This document shows positions 9,286 to 17,863 of a stretch of DNA of 64,000 nt, in pieces (positions within the stretch are counted from its first letter, which is position 1; every line of letters starts with the position of its first letter). Under the pieces are notes generated by a model. The model searched no databases. It was given only the letters and a program-made list of their open reading frames with translations, and was not told the DNA's origin. The DNA lies in sequence record NC_023610.1. One strand, written 5' to 3'. A program made the position numbers and the translations under genes.

Positions 9286-10218
9286 ATGTTAGAATCCATG
9301 AACATGTCCGGAGGAGCGCAAGCTAACTACTTCCCTAACTCTGGACCCGGAAATAAAACCCTGGCCGCCGGGGATGCCACCCACGGATACTTCGGTACAG
9401 TGACCACGACCGACATGTTCACAGCCTCCGAGGTTGATAGCTTCCTGGCAGGCTTGACCGGGACCGCGTACGGCCCTTCTGATTTGGTCTGGCACAAATT
9501 CGTGCTTGACGGCAAATTCCTTTTTGTGCCCAATCGGGCTTTCCGTTCCACAACGTGGAACAACATCTATAATGCATCGTTGATGTACGGCGTGGATGGA
9601 AACGGTGCCTACCCGCCTGCCGCCGGTGGCGTCAATCAGTTATACCAGGTGAGTAAGAAAGTCGGTGGCCGTACCTTCGGGTTTAAGGTGCGTACCGTGA
9701 AAGGAGGGTTAACTGACCCACTCTCCGCTTTGAGTACCGCCGATGCTTCCGAATACAACCGACTCCTGATGTCGTTGACGACCGGGAAATTCGGGACGAT
9801 GACGATAGCGCAGTTGGACCTCAACGTCTACGAAGAGACACAAACGACGTATTCGGCGAACACTAACAACAACTGGGTACGATTCAATACGGCTTCGGCG
9901 CAAACTAACAAAACGGCAGCGTACAACTGGCGACCGGTGTTGGAACTGACCAGTACGGGTGAAAGTCTGGTCGCCGCCATGAACGTGGCGATGCGAAACA
10001 CGGTGTTAGGCGAGCAAGCGAAAAGTGGATACCTGGGCGACCTTGACGTGATATCTGCTGCCACGCAGATTGTTCCGACACAACCACCGGTTAACAGTTA
10101 CCCGGATACCGGTGTTGGTAGTGGGTTCTACGCAACCTTAGTTTCGGCCAGTACCGTAGTTTCCCAGAGCAATAACTGGTCAGCTGCACGCGGTACCGCC
10201 ACCTACGTAACGGAGTAA
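9286..10218 (+). CDS. Fibre-associated virion protein, paralog family member A1
   Basis: MLESMNM start; GPG.K.L..GD...GYFG, WHKF.LDGK.LFVP and WRPVLEL family motifs, plus C-terminal extension. Confidence 0.7.
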   Translation: MLESMNMSGGAQANYFPNSGPGNKTLAAGDATHGYFGTVTTTDMFTASEVDSFLAGLTGTAYGPSDLVWHKFVLDGKFLFVPNRAFRSTTWNNIYNASLMYGVDGNGAYPPAAGGVNQLYQVSKKVGGRTFGFKVRTVKGGLTDPLSALSTADASEYNRLLMSLTTGKFGTMTIAQLDLNVYEETQTTYSANTNNNWVRFNTASAQTNKTAAYNWRPVLELTSTGESLVAAMNVAMRNTVLGEQAKSGYLGDLDVISAATQIVPTQPPVNSYPDTGVGSGFYATLVSASTVVSQSNNWSAARGTATYVTE

Positions 10219-10223
10219 TAACG

Positions 10224-11189
10224 ATGGGTAACAAACTCTCTTGGGTAAATAACAACGCCCTGGCAACGAACGTGGAGATTTACCGTTCACTGACCCCGCT
10301 GGATACCGCAAACTTGTCTAACCCACTCATCACCCTGACCAATGGGGAAACGGCATGGGAAGACACGGGTGTTGTCTACGGTGCCACGTACAACTACGTG
10401 ATTCAGATGGTCACGAAAGACGGCTCTCAGAAAGCACCCACGCGAAACATTGTAATGCAAACGGGACTCGGGCGTGGTCTGGGGCCGAACCTCCTGCAAC
10501 AAGGTGATGAACGTCTGGGGTACTTCGGCTCCATCGCCGCCACCGATTTTATCCCCGCTGCCACCCTTCAGGCTTCGCAAGCCGGGTCCGGGTTGTCGGT
10601 CAGTGGAACTGCGACATGGCACAAGTTCGTCCGTCGTGGGAAAATATTGTACGTACCCAATACGTACCTGAGTTCCGCGGTCACCATGACGCAACTTTAT
10701 CAGGCTGGTTGGGTGTTCGGTACAGACGATAACGGCCCAACCGACGGACAGTTGAGTACGGCACAAAACCAGCGCCGGGTAGTCAGCTATCGCGGTGACC
10801 GGTACTTCCTCCGTCTACCGCGCGGGTACGCTGACGCCGATAACGCCAACCAGTACGACCTAAGTAATACCACCGGTCTGAATCACGATAACGTGGCGAA
10901 CACCCCTGAGTGCGAGTTCAACGACCTCTTCTATCCAGTGGTCCAAAACACGCCGTTGAAACAGCGCCTGTTCAATGTGGATAGCATTACCGCTGCCAAC
11001 TTCGTGGTATCCAGTACTCGTGCAGTGCTCTGCCAGGAAGTGAGCGTTTCGAAAGGGGCGATGTTATCGCGCGGTAACTCGAACGGGTTGACGGGAAGGG
11101 ACATCATGACGTATATGCAAGCGATTCCCACTGCCCGTGCCGCATCCACCTTGCTTTGGTACCCTGTTTTAGAGCTGATAGAGGATTAA
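10224..11189 (+). CDS. Fibre-associated virion protein, paralog B1 (FN3/Ig-like N-terminus)
   Basis: LSW....EIYR...PLD N-terminal domain; family core; ends WYPVLELIED. Confidence 0.7.
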   Translation: MGNKLSWVNNNALATNVEIYRSLTPLDTANLSNPLITLTNGETAWEDTGVVYGATYNYVIQMVTKDGSQKAPTRNIVMQTGLGRGLGPNLLQQGDERLGYFGSIAATDFIPAATLQASQAGSGLSVSGTATWHKFVRRGKILYVPNTYLSSAVTMTQLYQAGWVFGTDDNGPTDGQLSTAQNQRRVVSYRGDRYFLRLPRGYADADNANQYDLSNTTGLNHDNVANTPECEFNDLFYPVVQNTPLKQRLFNVDSITAANFVVSSTRAVLCQEVSVSKGAMLSRGNSNGLTGRDIMTYMQAIPTARAASTLLWYPVLELIED

Positions 11190-11192
11190 TGA

Positions 11193-12071
11193 ATGGCCAT
11201 CAAACTCGATTGGAAAGACCTCTCGCTTAAAGGTTATACCGGGGTAAACATTTACCGTAATGCCGGTAAGTTCGACATGAGTCAGGCGTTACCTGCTCCA
11301 CTGGTGGCGAACCTGGCGGCGAACACCGTTACGTATACCGACACCACCGCTGCGAAGAACACATCGTACAGCTACCTCATTGCCGGGGTAAAGGACGGTA
11401 AGGTTACTGGTGGTGTACCGTTCACAGCGGGGAACTACAACGACACCGGACCAGGCCCTACCACCTTAGCCCGAGGTGATTGGTTCTGTGGGTACTTCGG
11501 TGAGGTGACCAGTGCTGACCTTTTTACCACCGGCGACATCAAAACCCAAATCACGGCTACCGCCGGGATGACTCTGAATACCATCAGAACCTGGTACAAG
11601 TTCATCTATAACGGGAAAATAATCTTCACCCCGGGAATTTCTATCGGTACGGTATCCTGGTTTGCCGTCTATGCCGCTGGACTAATCTACGGTACCGACG
11701 ACAACGGAAACGTACCTCCAGCCGCTAACCCTAACCCCACACCTAAAAATCAGATGGCAAGGATGACAAAAGGTGGGTGGAGTTTTATCTTCAGAGCGCC
11801 AAAAGGGGTTGCTGCCGCAATTAACTCCCAGGTCGCCCTCTGGGCGAATACCGAAGTAATGGAGATATTTGACCGAATGTATCTCAACAACCCTGGTACT
11901 TACGGTAAGGGGAGGTTCCTCGACCTACCGGTTGTCGCAGGAATTTATACCAACAACTGGTTTGCGAATAACGTGGTCGCAATAATGGCACCGCCATCAG
12001 GACTAACCAGCAACGTACCAACCACGGCATTCAACAACTGGGTACCGGTGCTGGAGCTTGAATTCCTCTGA
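11193..12071 (+). CDS. Fibre-associated virion protein, paralog C1 (FN3/Ig-like N-terminus)
   Basis: DTGPGPTTLARGDWFCGYFG; ends WVPVLELEFL. Confidence 0.7.
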   Translation: MAIKLDWKDLSLKGYTGVNIYRNAGKFDMSQALPAPLVANLAANTVTYTDTTAAKNTSYSYLIAGVKDGKVTGGVPFTAGNYNDTGPGPTTLARGDWFCGYFGEVTSADLFTTGDIKTQITATAGMTLNTIRTWYKFIYNGKIIFTPGISIGTVSWFAVYAAGLIYGTDDNGNVPPAANPNPTPKNQMARMTKGGWSFIFRAPKGVAAAINSQVALWANTEVMEIFDRMYLNNPGTYGKGRFLDLPVVAGIYTNNWFANNVVAIMAPPSGLTSNVPTTAFNNWVPVLELEFL

Positions 12072-12081
12072 GGGTAGCACC

Positions 12082-13335
12082 ATGCTCGAAATGATGATGG
12101 GTGGGTCCGGAAGAGTCTACCCTTGGTCCGGGCCCGGGAACAAGAAGTTGAAGTTCGGTACCCGCGACCTCGGGTACTTTGGGGAAGTTACACAAGCGGA
12201 ATTGTTTGGTAACGATGAAGTCTGGGGGATGGTTAAGCCTGTAACCGGAACCAAGAACAATGCTGCCCTGAATGTTTGGTTGAAGTTCATTCTGGATGGG
12301 AGAGTGTTGTACACGCCGAAGTACCCGATTACCATGGGGACTAAGTGGGAGGACCTGTACGCCGCCGGAGCCGTATACGGGGTTAAAGGGAATGGGGATG
12401 CACCGGTACCGGCGGGCGGTGCGGTTGACCAGTTCAGGATGGTGACAAAGATTGAAAAGATTGTCGGAGTCAATAAAATCTGGCCGTTGAAGCTTCAATT
12501 GATGTCCGGGGCCAATAGCCTCATCAACTCCACCAATGACTGGGCGAGTGACCGCTCGGAATGGGACCGTCTCTGGACACCGTTCTTTGCGCAGAAGTGG
12601 GAAACCTACGGCTGGCAGGAAATGAACCAGGGGTACACCAACCGTCTTGCTACCATCAAGGAACGAAATGGCGACGGGACGAACTACGGTACCCGTGGCG
12701 GGAACAGCACTATCGCACTGAAGAACTACATCGCGATGAACACCACGTCATCGTCGATAAGTTGGCGACCAGTGTTGGAACTCATTAATGACCCGAACAT
12801 GGCGCTCAGTCCATACCTTCCTTACTTCGCAGTAAGTGGTGGACAGAAGAACTTCTTCCCGGTCTTTGATGATGACGGCGTAGCGCCACTCAAAGGCGTC
12901 GGTAACGTCAGAGGATACAATTCCCATCAGTTAGGTGTCATGCTCGGTTTCGACACAAAGACCGAACAAGTCTGGTTGGAACCGTCTACTGGGAAACAAG
13001 TCCTGACCGCTGACTTCACCGACACCAGTGAACTCGTCCCTCTGCGCAACATGACGCTCCGTAACAGTGCTATGGCACCGCAAGCGGTGAATGTGCAGAC
13101 AGGTCGCGAGGAAGTGTTCGTTAACGTCCCTCAAGCCACCGTGACGCTCACCGCAGCCGTAGAGACTGTAGATGCCGGGTTAATCTCTCCGCAGCGTGTG
13201 GTGGCGATAAGGACCGCACAGCAGCCTATCCTGGATTATACGGTAAAAGGATACGAAGGTTCCGTTGACTTCTCCAACAGCGCGAAACAAAACGCACCAT
13301 CACCAACCTTTACCATCGAAGCCGATGGGACGTAA
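12082..13335 (+). CDS. Fibre-associated virion protein, paralog A2
   Basis: MLEMMMG start after AGGG RBS; family core, WRPVLEL, then long C-terminal extension. Confidence 0.7.
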   Translation: MLEMMMGGSGRVYPWSGPGNKKLKFGTRDLGYFGEVTQAELFGNDEVWGMVKPVTGTKNNAALNVWLKFILDGRVLYTPKYPITMGTKWEDLYAAGAVYGVKGNGDAPVPAGGAVDQFRMVTKIEKIVGVNKIWPLKLQLMSGANSLINSTNDWASDRSEWDRLWTPFFAQKWETYGWQEMNQGYTNRLATIKERNGDGTNYGTRGGNSTIALKNYIAMNTTSSSISWRPVLELINDPNMALSPYLPYFAVSGGQKNFFPVFDDDGVAPLKGVGNVRGYNSHQLGVMLGFDTKTEQVWLEPSTGKQVLTADFTDTSELVPLRNMTLRNSAMAPQAVNVQTGREEVFVNVPQATVTLTAAVETVDAGLISPQRVVAIRTAQQPILDYTVKGYEGSVDFSNSAKQNAPSPTFTIEADGT

Positions 13336-13350
13336 TAGAACGAGGCCACT

Positions 13351-14313
13351 ATGTTCATTGACTTGAGCTGGACAGACCTGAACAGCGTAGCAACCAAGCT
13401 GGAGATTTTTCGTGGAGATGCACCACTTGACCGCCTAAACCTCCCGAGTACTCCAATTGCCACGCTTACTAACGGTGAGACGTCGTACCGCGACGAGTCT
13501 AACATTCTTCTGGGGAAAGACTACTACTACGTGTTCGTGAACACCACGGCCACTGACCGTATTGTGTCCCAGAACTACAAAATCAACGCCGTTACCCGTC
13601 GTGGCCCCGGTCCACAGAAACTGAAACAGGGTGACAACAGTCTCGGGTACTTTGGGACCATTCAGTCCGGTGAGTTCGTTAACGGTTCCGAGTTCGTTGA
13701 TTTAACCGGCGTGAAGAACTTTGCGTCAGGGGTAGCGGTCTTGAACCCGTTCCCGATTTGGCACAAGTTCGTTCGTAACAACAAGGTGCTGATTATTCCA
13801 GAGGGACCCATTGCCAGCACGGCAAGTTGGTTACAGTTGTACCAGGCAGGGATGGTTTACGGTACGGATGACAACGGTCCGATGCCACCTGCCGCCCCAG
13901 TAAAACAGTCTGCGAAAATCACCATCGGTAAGGATGTTTTTCGTGTCCGCTTGCTTAAAGGGATGACGGACCAGGCCTATACGGATTACCCCGCCACCGT
14001 ACTGACCCCTAACGAGTGGAACGACCTGGTTTATCCACTGGGTCATGCGGTGCCCGCTGACCAGCGCCTGGAAAACATTTATCTCAACGGGAAGTCGACC
14101 TCTGCTATCTGTGGTGCGGGTAATACGAGCGGGTTCAGCCTGGTCCAGGAACTCGCCACGATTTCGTCAGCCAGCGCCCGCGGACAAGCCGTCAGCAATG
14201 ACGACACCGCCGCCGACACCAGCGCGTACATCGCCTCCCGCACTACCGTAACAACCAGCTCAGCGAGTGCTTCGTATTACTGGTACCCCGTGTTAGAATT
14301 GGTTGAGGGTTAA
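13351..14313 (+). CDS. Fibre-associated virion protein, paralog B2
   Basis: Closest by eye to 10224-11189 (TLTNGET, WHKFVR, WYPVLEL). Confidence 0.7.
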   Translation: MFIDLSWTDLNSVATKLEIFRGDAPLDRLNLPSTPIATLTNGETSYRDESNILLGKDYYYVFVNTTATDRIVSQNYKINAVTRRGPGPQKLKQGDNSLGYFGTIQSGEFVNGSEFVDLTGVKNFASGVAVLNPFPIWHKFVRNNKVLIIPEGPIASTASWLQLYQAGMVYGTDDNGPMPPAAPVKQSAKITIGKDVFRVRLLKGMTDQAYTDYPATVLTPNEWNDLVYPLGHAVPADQRLENIYLNGKSTSAICGAGNTSGFSLVQELATISSASARGQAVSNDDTAADTSAYIASRTTVTTSSASASYYWYPVLELVEG

Positions 14314-14317
14314 TGTC

Positions 14318-15232
14318 ATGTCTATTCGTATCGCATTTACTAATCCTAATAATGCTGACACCATTAAGGTTTACCGCGCAACCAGTAAAATTGAGTTGTC
14401 AGCCCTTCCTGACCCAATCGCCACCTTAGCGGGAACAGCCACATCGTTCTCTGATGTTACTGCTGCGCGTAACACCGTGTACTATTACGTTATCGGTAGC
14501 TACAAGGGTGACGACGTCATCTTCACGCAGAATCAACAATACGGTTACTTCCCGGACACCGGTCCTGGACCGTCTAAACTGTTGCGTGGGAACTGGAACG
14601 AAGGGTACTTCGGAACCTGTACGCAAGCTGAATTGTTTGCCGCGCAAGAACTGTGTACCGCGTTAGGTTACGTCCCCAACGGTGCGGTCAACACCACGGC
14701 GTCCAATGTCTGGCACAAGTTTATCCTGGATGGGAAAATCCTGTTTATCCCGGATTTATGCATGGCAGCAGATGGTTGGTTAAACATCTACCGCGCTGGC
14801 TTGGTGTACGGGGTAGACGGTTACGGGGACCGCCCGGCGTCGTTTACTGGTGGTAACTACAACCAAAAGAAAACAGTGACTAAGAACAACCGTACCTACC
14901 TGGTCCGCCTCATGAAGGCCACTGCTGCGCCAACGTCGGAGCTGGTGACCGACCTGACGAATGGCGACGCACGCTGGGGTGAGGGTGAGTGGAACCGCAC
15001 GATGGGACGGTTGGGTTGTGGTACGTACAACTTTAGTACGCGCTCACGCCTGGGTAACAAACCGGCATACATCACCAATAACACCCTCTTCACCGGTGCC
15101 TTGACGCAGCACATGACGGCTAACGGAACCATCGTTCAAATGTTCGCCACGCTTGCATCAGATGTACCAAGTACCGTGTCCTGGGCCAATACCTACTACA
15201 ACTGGCGTCCCGTACTGGAACTCCAACTGTAG
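14318..15232 (+). CDS. Fibre-associated virion protein, paralog C2
   Basis: Closest by eye to 11193-12071 (DTGPGPSKLLRGNWNEGYFG); ends WRPVLELQL. Confidence 0.7.
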   Translation: MSIRIAFTNPNNADTIKVYRATSKIELSALPDPIATLAGTATSFSDVTAARNTVYYYVIGSYKGDDVIFTQNQQYGYFPDTGPGPSKLLRGNWNEGYFGTCTQAELFAAQELCTALGYVPNGAVNTTASNVWHKFILDGKILFIPDLCMAADGWLNIYRAGLVYGVDGYGDRPASFTGGNYNQKKTVTKNNRTYLVRLMKATAAPTSELVTDLTNGDARWGEGEWNRTMGRLGCGTYNFSTRSRLGNKPAYITNNTLFTGALTQHMTANGTIVQMFATLASDVPSTVSWANTYYNWRPVLELQL

Positions 15233-15244
15233 AGACAGCAAAAA

Positions 15245-15268
15245 AAAGGAGGGCGAAAGCCCTCCTTT
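15245..15268 (+). terminator. Terminator ending the fibre paralog array
   Basis: AAAGGAGGGC-GAAA-GCCCTCCTTT. Confidence 0.8.
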
Positions 15269-15283
15269 ATGTCCGTTTGAAAC

Positions 15284-15311
15284 AAAAAAAAGAAGGAGCC
15301 GAAGCTCCTTC
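15284..15311 (-). terminator. Convergent terminator ending the minus-strand early operon
   Basis: Minus GAAGGAGC-TTCG-GCTCCTTC-TTTTTTTT. Confidence 0.8.
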
Positions 15312-15341
15312 AAAAGGTATGATAATGCGGCAATGCAGTTG

Positions 15342-15521
15342 TTACATAGAAGTACGTTGAAGGATGGTCTGTACCGGGGCCCGAATAGCCGAGATACCCT
15401 CAACGAGATTTCTGTACGTAACCTCCAGCTCTTCCAATGTTGCCGTTGTAACTGGAACAGTGCCTTGTGTTGTTGACTTCACGACCATCACTGCTTGACG
15501 GTAATTAGTCAACCCGCTCAT
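15342..15521 (-). CDS. Small hypothetical protein (start uncertain)
   Basis: ATG at 15521 overlaps the end of the upstream ORF; ends before the terminator. Confidence 0.35.
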   Translation of the reverse strand: MSGLTNYRQAVMVVKSTTQGTVPVTTATLEELEVTYRNLVEGISAIRAPVQTILQRTSM

Positions 15522-16008
15522 TGTGGGTTCGCTCACGGACACGACCGAACAAGCGTCGAAGAAGTACACGCCAGTAGCCGTTTCCACGCGGATGACTTTC
15601 TCCCTCGAAACGCGGGTCGTGATTTTCTTCAGCCAGTGTTGCAGGGATTGCTTGCACCGGTTCAACCGGGATACTAAGGTTTGCATAGGCTGCCTCGTCG
15701 TGCTCAATTTGACGCTTCTTCTCAGCAGACATGGTCGAACGTACCAGCTCTGTCGCCATTTCGCTTTTATAGTACATGCAAATGGAATTGTTCGCCTTGC
15801 TTCGTGGACCGAAGTTCAGCACCCACAAGTTCCCTTTACGTTGCTTATTGACAGAGATGCAGGACACGTCGCGCAAATCAATCGACGCCGTACCTCCCAA
15901 ATCGTCATTGACACTATAGTTGAAATCCACCACCTTTTCCAGGTAGCGTGATTCCATACTGATGCCACACATCTTTAACAGTGATGGTGCCCCAGAGATT
16001 TCATCCAT
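15505..16008 (-). CDS. Hypothetical protein
   Basis: ATG at 16008 overlaps the DHH gene stop; GAGG upstream. Confidence 0.55.
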   Translation of the reverse strand: MDEISGAPSLLKMCGISMESRYLEKVVDFNYSVNDDLGGTASIDLRDVSCISVNKQRKGNLWVLNFGPRSKANNSICMYYKSEMATELVRSTMSAEKKRQIEHDEAAYANLSIPVEPVQAIPATLAEENHDPRFEGESHPRGNGYWRVLLRRLFGRVRERTHNERVD

Positions 16009-16966
16009 TCTCAGCCTCACTCGCAGCATGAAGTTCTTTGTTAGCATCGAAGAGCATGGCAGCAAGTGTTTCCGGCGTAATGGCGAAAATCAGCTCCACA
16101 CCTGCCGCGTTCGCATGACCACCCCCGCCCAGCTTCTCAGCCAGAAAGCGGACGTTATAGTCTTTTGAACGCAGTGAAACCATCGACCCCATTTTACGAT
16201 GGAAATAACAAGCAACCACGTCATATGAATCTTTGATGCGGTCGCAAAGTTCCGAGGTAATAGGGCGGTGACAGTTCACGACAGCCATCTTACCTGAATC
16301 GCCAAACGGCCATTCGGTCAGACAGTTATCGAGGTGGAATTGAATCTCGACATCTCGTTTTTCCTTCAACGCTTCTGAGGCTTCCTTCACGCCGAGGTAT
16401 GCCGTGGCACCCATGGTCGAGGAGAAGACACCGTCGTTAACCACGCCAACATCGTCGATTAAACGGTTGAACTCAGAGAACGGTTTGTTGAGGAAAAGGA
16501 TGAAGAACTCGTAGAAGTCCCGCGAGTCTGGAAGTTTGAACTGCCAGAGGTCACGGTCTTGTACACAAGCGAGTACATAGGGGAGCGGTGTGTCCGGGTA
16601 CAGATGCGCCCAGGTCAACCCTGCACCAGAACGTGTTCCGTCTAATGTCAGCTCAACATTAGCAGCACGGAGCACGGCTTGAAACTCTGGGCAGTCCGCT
16701 TTTGCATACGCGTCAACCATTGACGCATGATGGTCGAGGATAACAACGCGAGCAGGCTCTAACTTCGCGAGGTTACTGATTTCCTCAGGCGGCGGTGCAA
16801 AATCAACGAAGTACAGCGTATCGCCCTGACCAACTCCTTCTAACGGAAGCGGGGAGTTATAGTGGACTGGCCGGTATGTTGCGCTCGGTAACGCACGCCA
16901 CAAAGTTGCAGCGGCGGCAAATCCGTCGATGCACAGTGCGTGATAAAATACAAAAAAGTTATTCAC
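16001..16966 (-). CDS. DHH/DHHA1 family phosphoesterase (NrnA-like)
   Basis: YH..C.DG motif, YFVDF, ILDHH, DRDLW, SLRS and GGGGHANAAG DHHA1 motif. Confidence 0.9.
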   Translation of the reverse strand: MNNFFVFYHALCIDGFAAAATLWRALPSATYRPVHYNSPLPLEGVGQGDTLYFVDFAPPPEEISNLAKLEPARVVILDHHASMVDAYAKADCPEFQAVLRAANVELTLDGTRSGAGLTWAHLYPDTPLPYVLACVQDRDLWQFKLPDSRDFYEFFILFLNKPFSEFNRLIDDVGVVNDGVFSSTMGATAYLGVKEASEALKEKRDVEIQFHLDNCLTEWPFGDSGKMAVVNCHRPITSELCDRIKDSYDVVACYFHRKMGSMVSLRSKDYNVRFLAEKLGGGGHANAAGVELIFAITPETLAAMLFDANKELHAASEAENG

Positions 16967-16999
16967 GGTGGACCCCCTGAGATGGGTACGGGATTATAC

Positions 17000-17278
17000 T
17001 TAAACGGATAGGAATTGCTTTGAAGAATCGCGCAGGGCCAGAACGTTAAAGTGACCGCTGCTAATTGTGTTAATGATGAAGAACGCATCCTCAGGCTCCT
17101 CTATTATTTTATCGCAGTAACGTCTCGGAGTACGGCGAGTGAATCGTGCTTTCATGGAGCGCGCGCACTTCTTTATTTTCCGAGCATTACCATTATTAAA
17201 ATGATAACAGAGGGTGATGGTTGAGAGGAAATCAATTATCTCTCCCACTTCCTGATAGTCAAAGTTATTCACAGACAT
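17000..17278 (-). CDS. Hypothetical basic protein
   Basis: 92-aa ORF in operon context, locally AT-richer. Confidence 0.55.
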   Translation of the reverse strand: MSVNNFDYQEVGEIIDFLSTITLCYHFNNGNARKIKKCARSMKARFTRRTPRRYCDKIIEEPEDAFFIINTISSGHFNVLALRDSSKQFLSV

Positions 17279-17343
17279 GAGTACCGCACTTAAAAAATGA
17301 TTGGGTTAGGGAATTGAGTTCCCGATGGGACGGATAAAGGCGG

Positions 17344-17589
17344 TTACCACCGCCGTTTCTTACCCGGAAGATTCCAGCTGGTACCGTTCGAACGGTTAGG
17401 GTTTCCGCGCAGTAGCGCCACCCGTAGATTGAACATGGGGTCCTTTTTAGCCTGTTCCTCCAGTTTTTGCTGGCGCACATAACGCTGCACTAACTGGTTC
17501 GCCACCTGCTTTACCTTGTCGCTCACCGGGTCTGGACCCTTCTCAGTGGTGAGGGTGGTAAGTGGTAAATGCTCTTCTTTATTTTCCAT
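17344..17589 (-). CDS. Small protein with basic C-terminal tag (D)
   Basis: MENKEEH... ending NRSNGTSWNLPGKKRRW; AAGAAGGGG RBS. Confidence 0.6.
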   Translation of the reverse strand: MENKEEHLPLTTLTTEKGPDPVSDKVKQVANQLVQRYVRQQKLEEQAKKDPMFNLRVALLRGNPNRSNGTSWNLPGKKRRW

Positions 17590-17863
17590 GTTTACGGTGC
17601 CCCTTCTTGCGGTCTGGTACCGGGTAGGCGAATGTCCCATCCGGGTTCGTTTGGTAATGACGCCGGGAGTTCTGTGGCATCTTGTCTTTTTTACCTAACC
17701 ATACAAAGCTCATCTTTTCCTCCTTCGATTGCTTTTCTTCAATAGCCGAGATAAGTTCAATAACCTCCGACATCGACATATATTCGATGGCGTCGAGTAT
17801 CAGTTTCTTATCGGCGGCCGAACTTTTGTTTTGCTCGTGGGAAGACCATCGTCCCTTTGGCAT
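17579..17863 (-). CDS. Small protein with ribosomal bL12 (L7/L12) N-terminal-domain-like helix and basic C-terminal tag (C)
   Basis: AAGGAG RBS 10 nt before ATG 17863. DKKLILDAIEYMSMSEVIELISAIEEK aligns without gaps to E. coli bL12 [27 protein letters not shown]. Confidence 0.7.
   Translation of the reverse strand: MPKGRWSSHEQNKSSAADKKLILDAIEYMSMSEVIELISAIEEKQSKEEKMSFVWLGKKDKMPQNSRRHYQTNPDGTFAYPVPDRKKGHRKHGK

Noticed and set aside
9286-15232. Diversity-generating retroelement (CLec-like targets with similar 3' ends)
   Set aside because: The 3' ends share only short protein-level motifs. No ~100-bp near-identical TR/VR pair differing at adenines and no reverse transcriptase in the window.
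17579-17863. Calling this a complete rplL gene
   Set aside because: No Ala-rich hinge or bL12 C-terminal domain; only the N-terminal helix pair matches.
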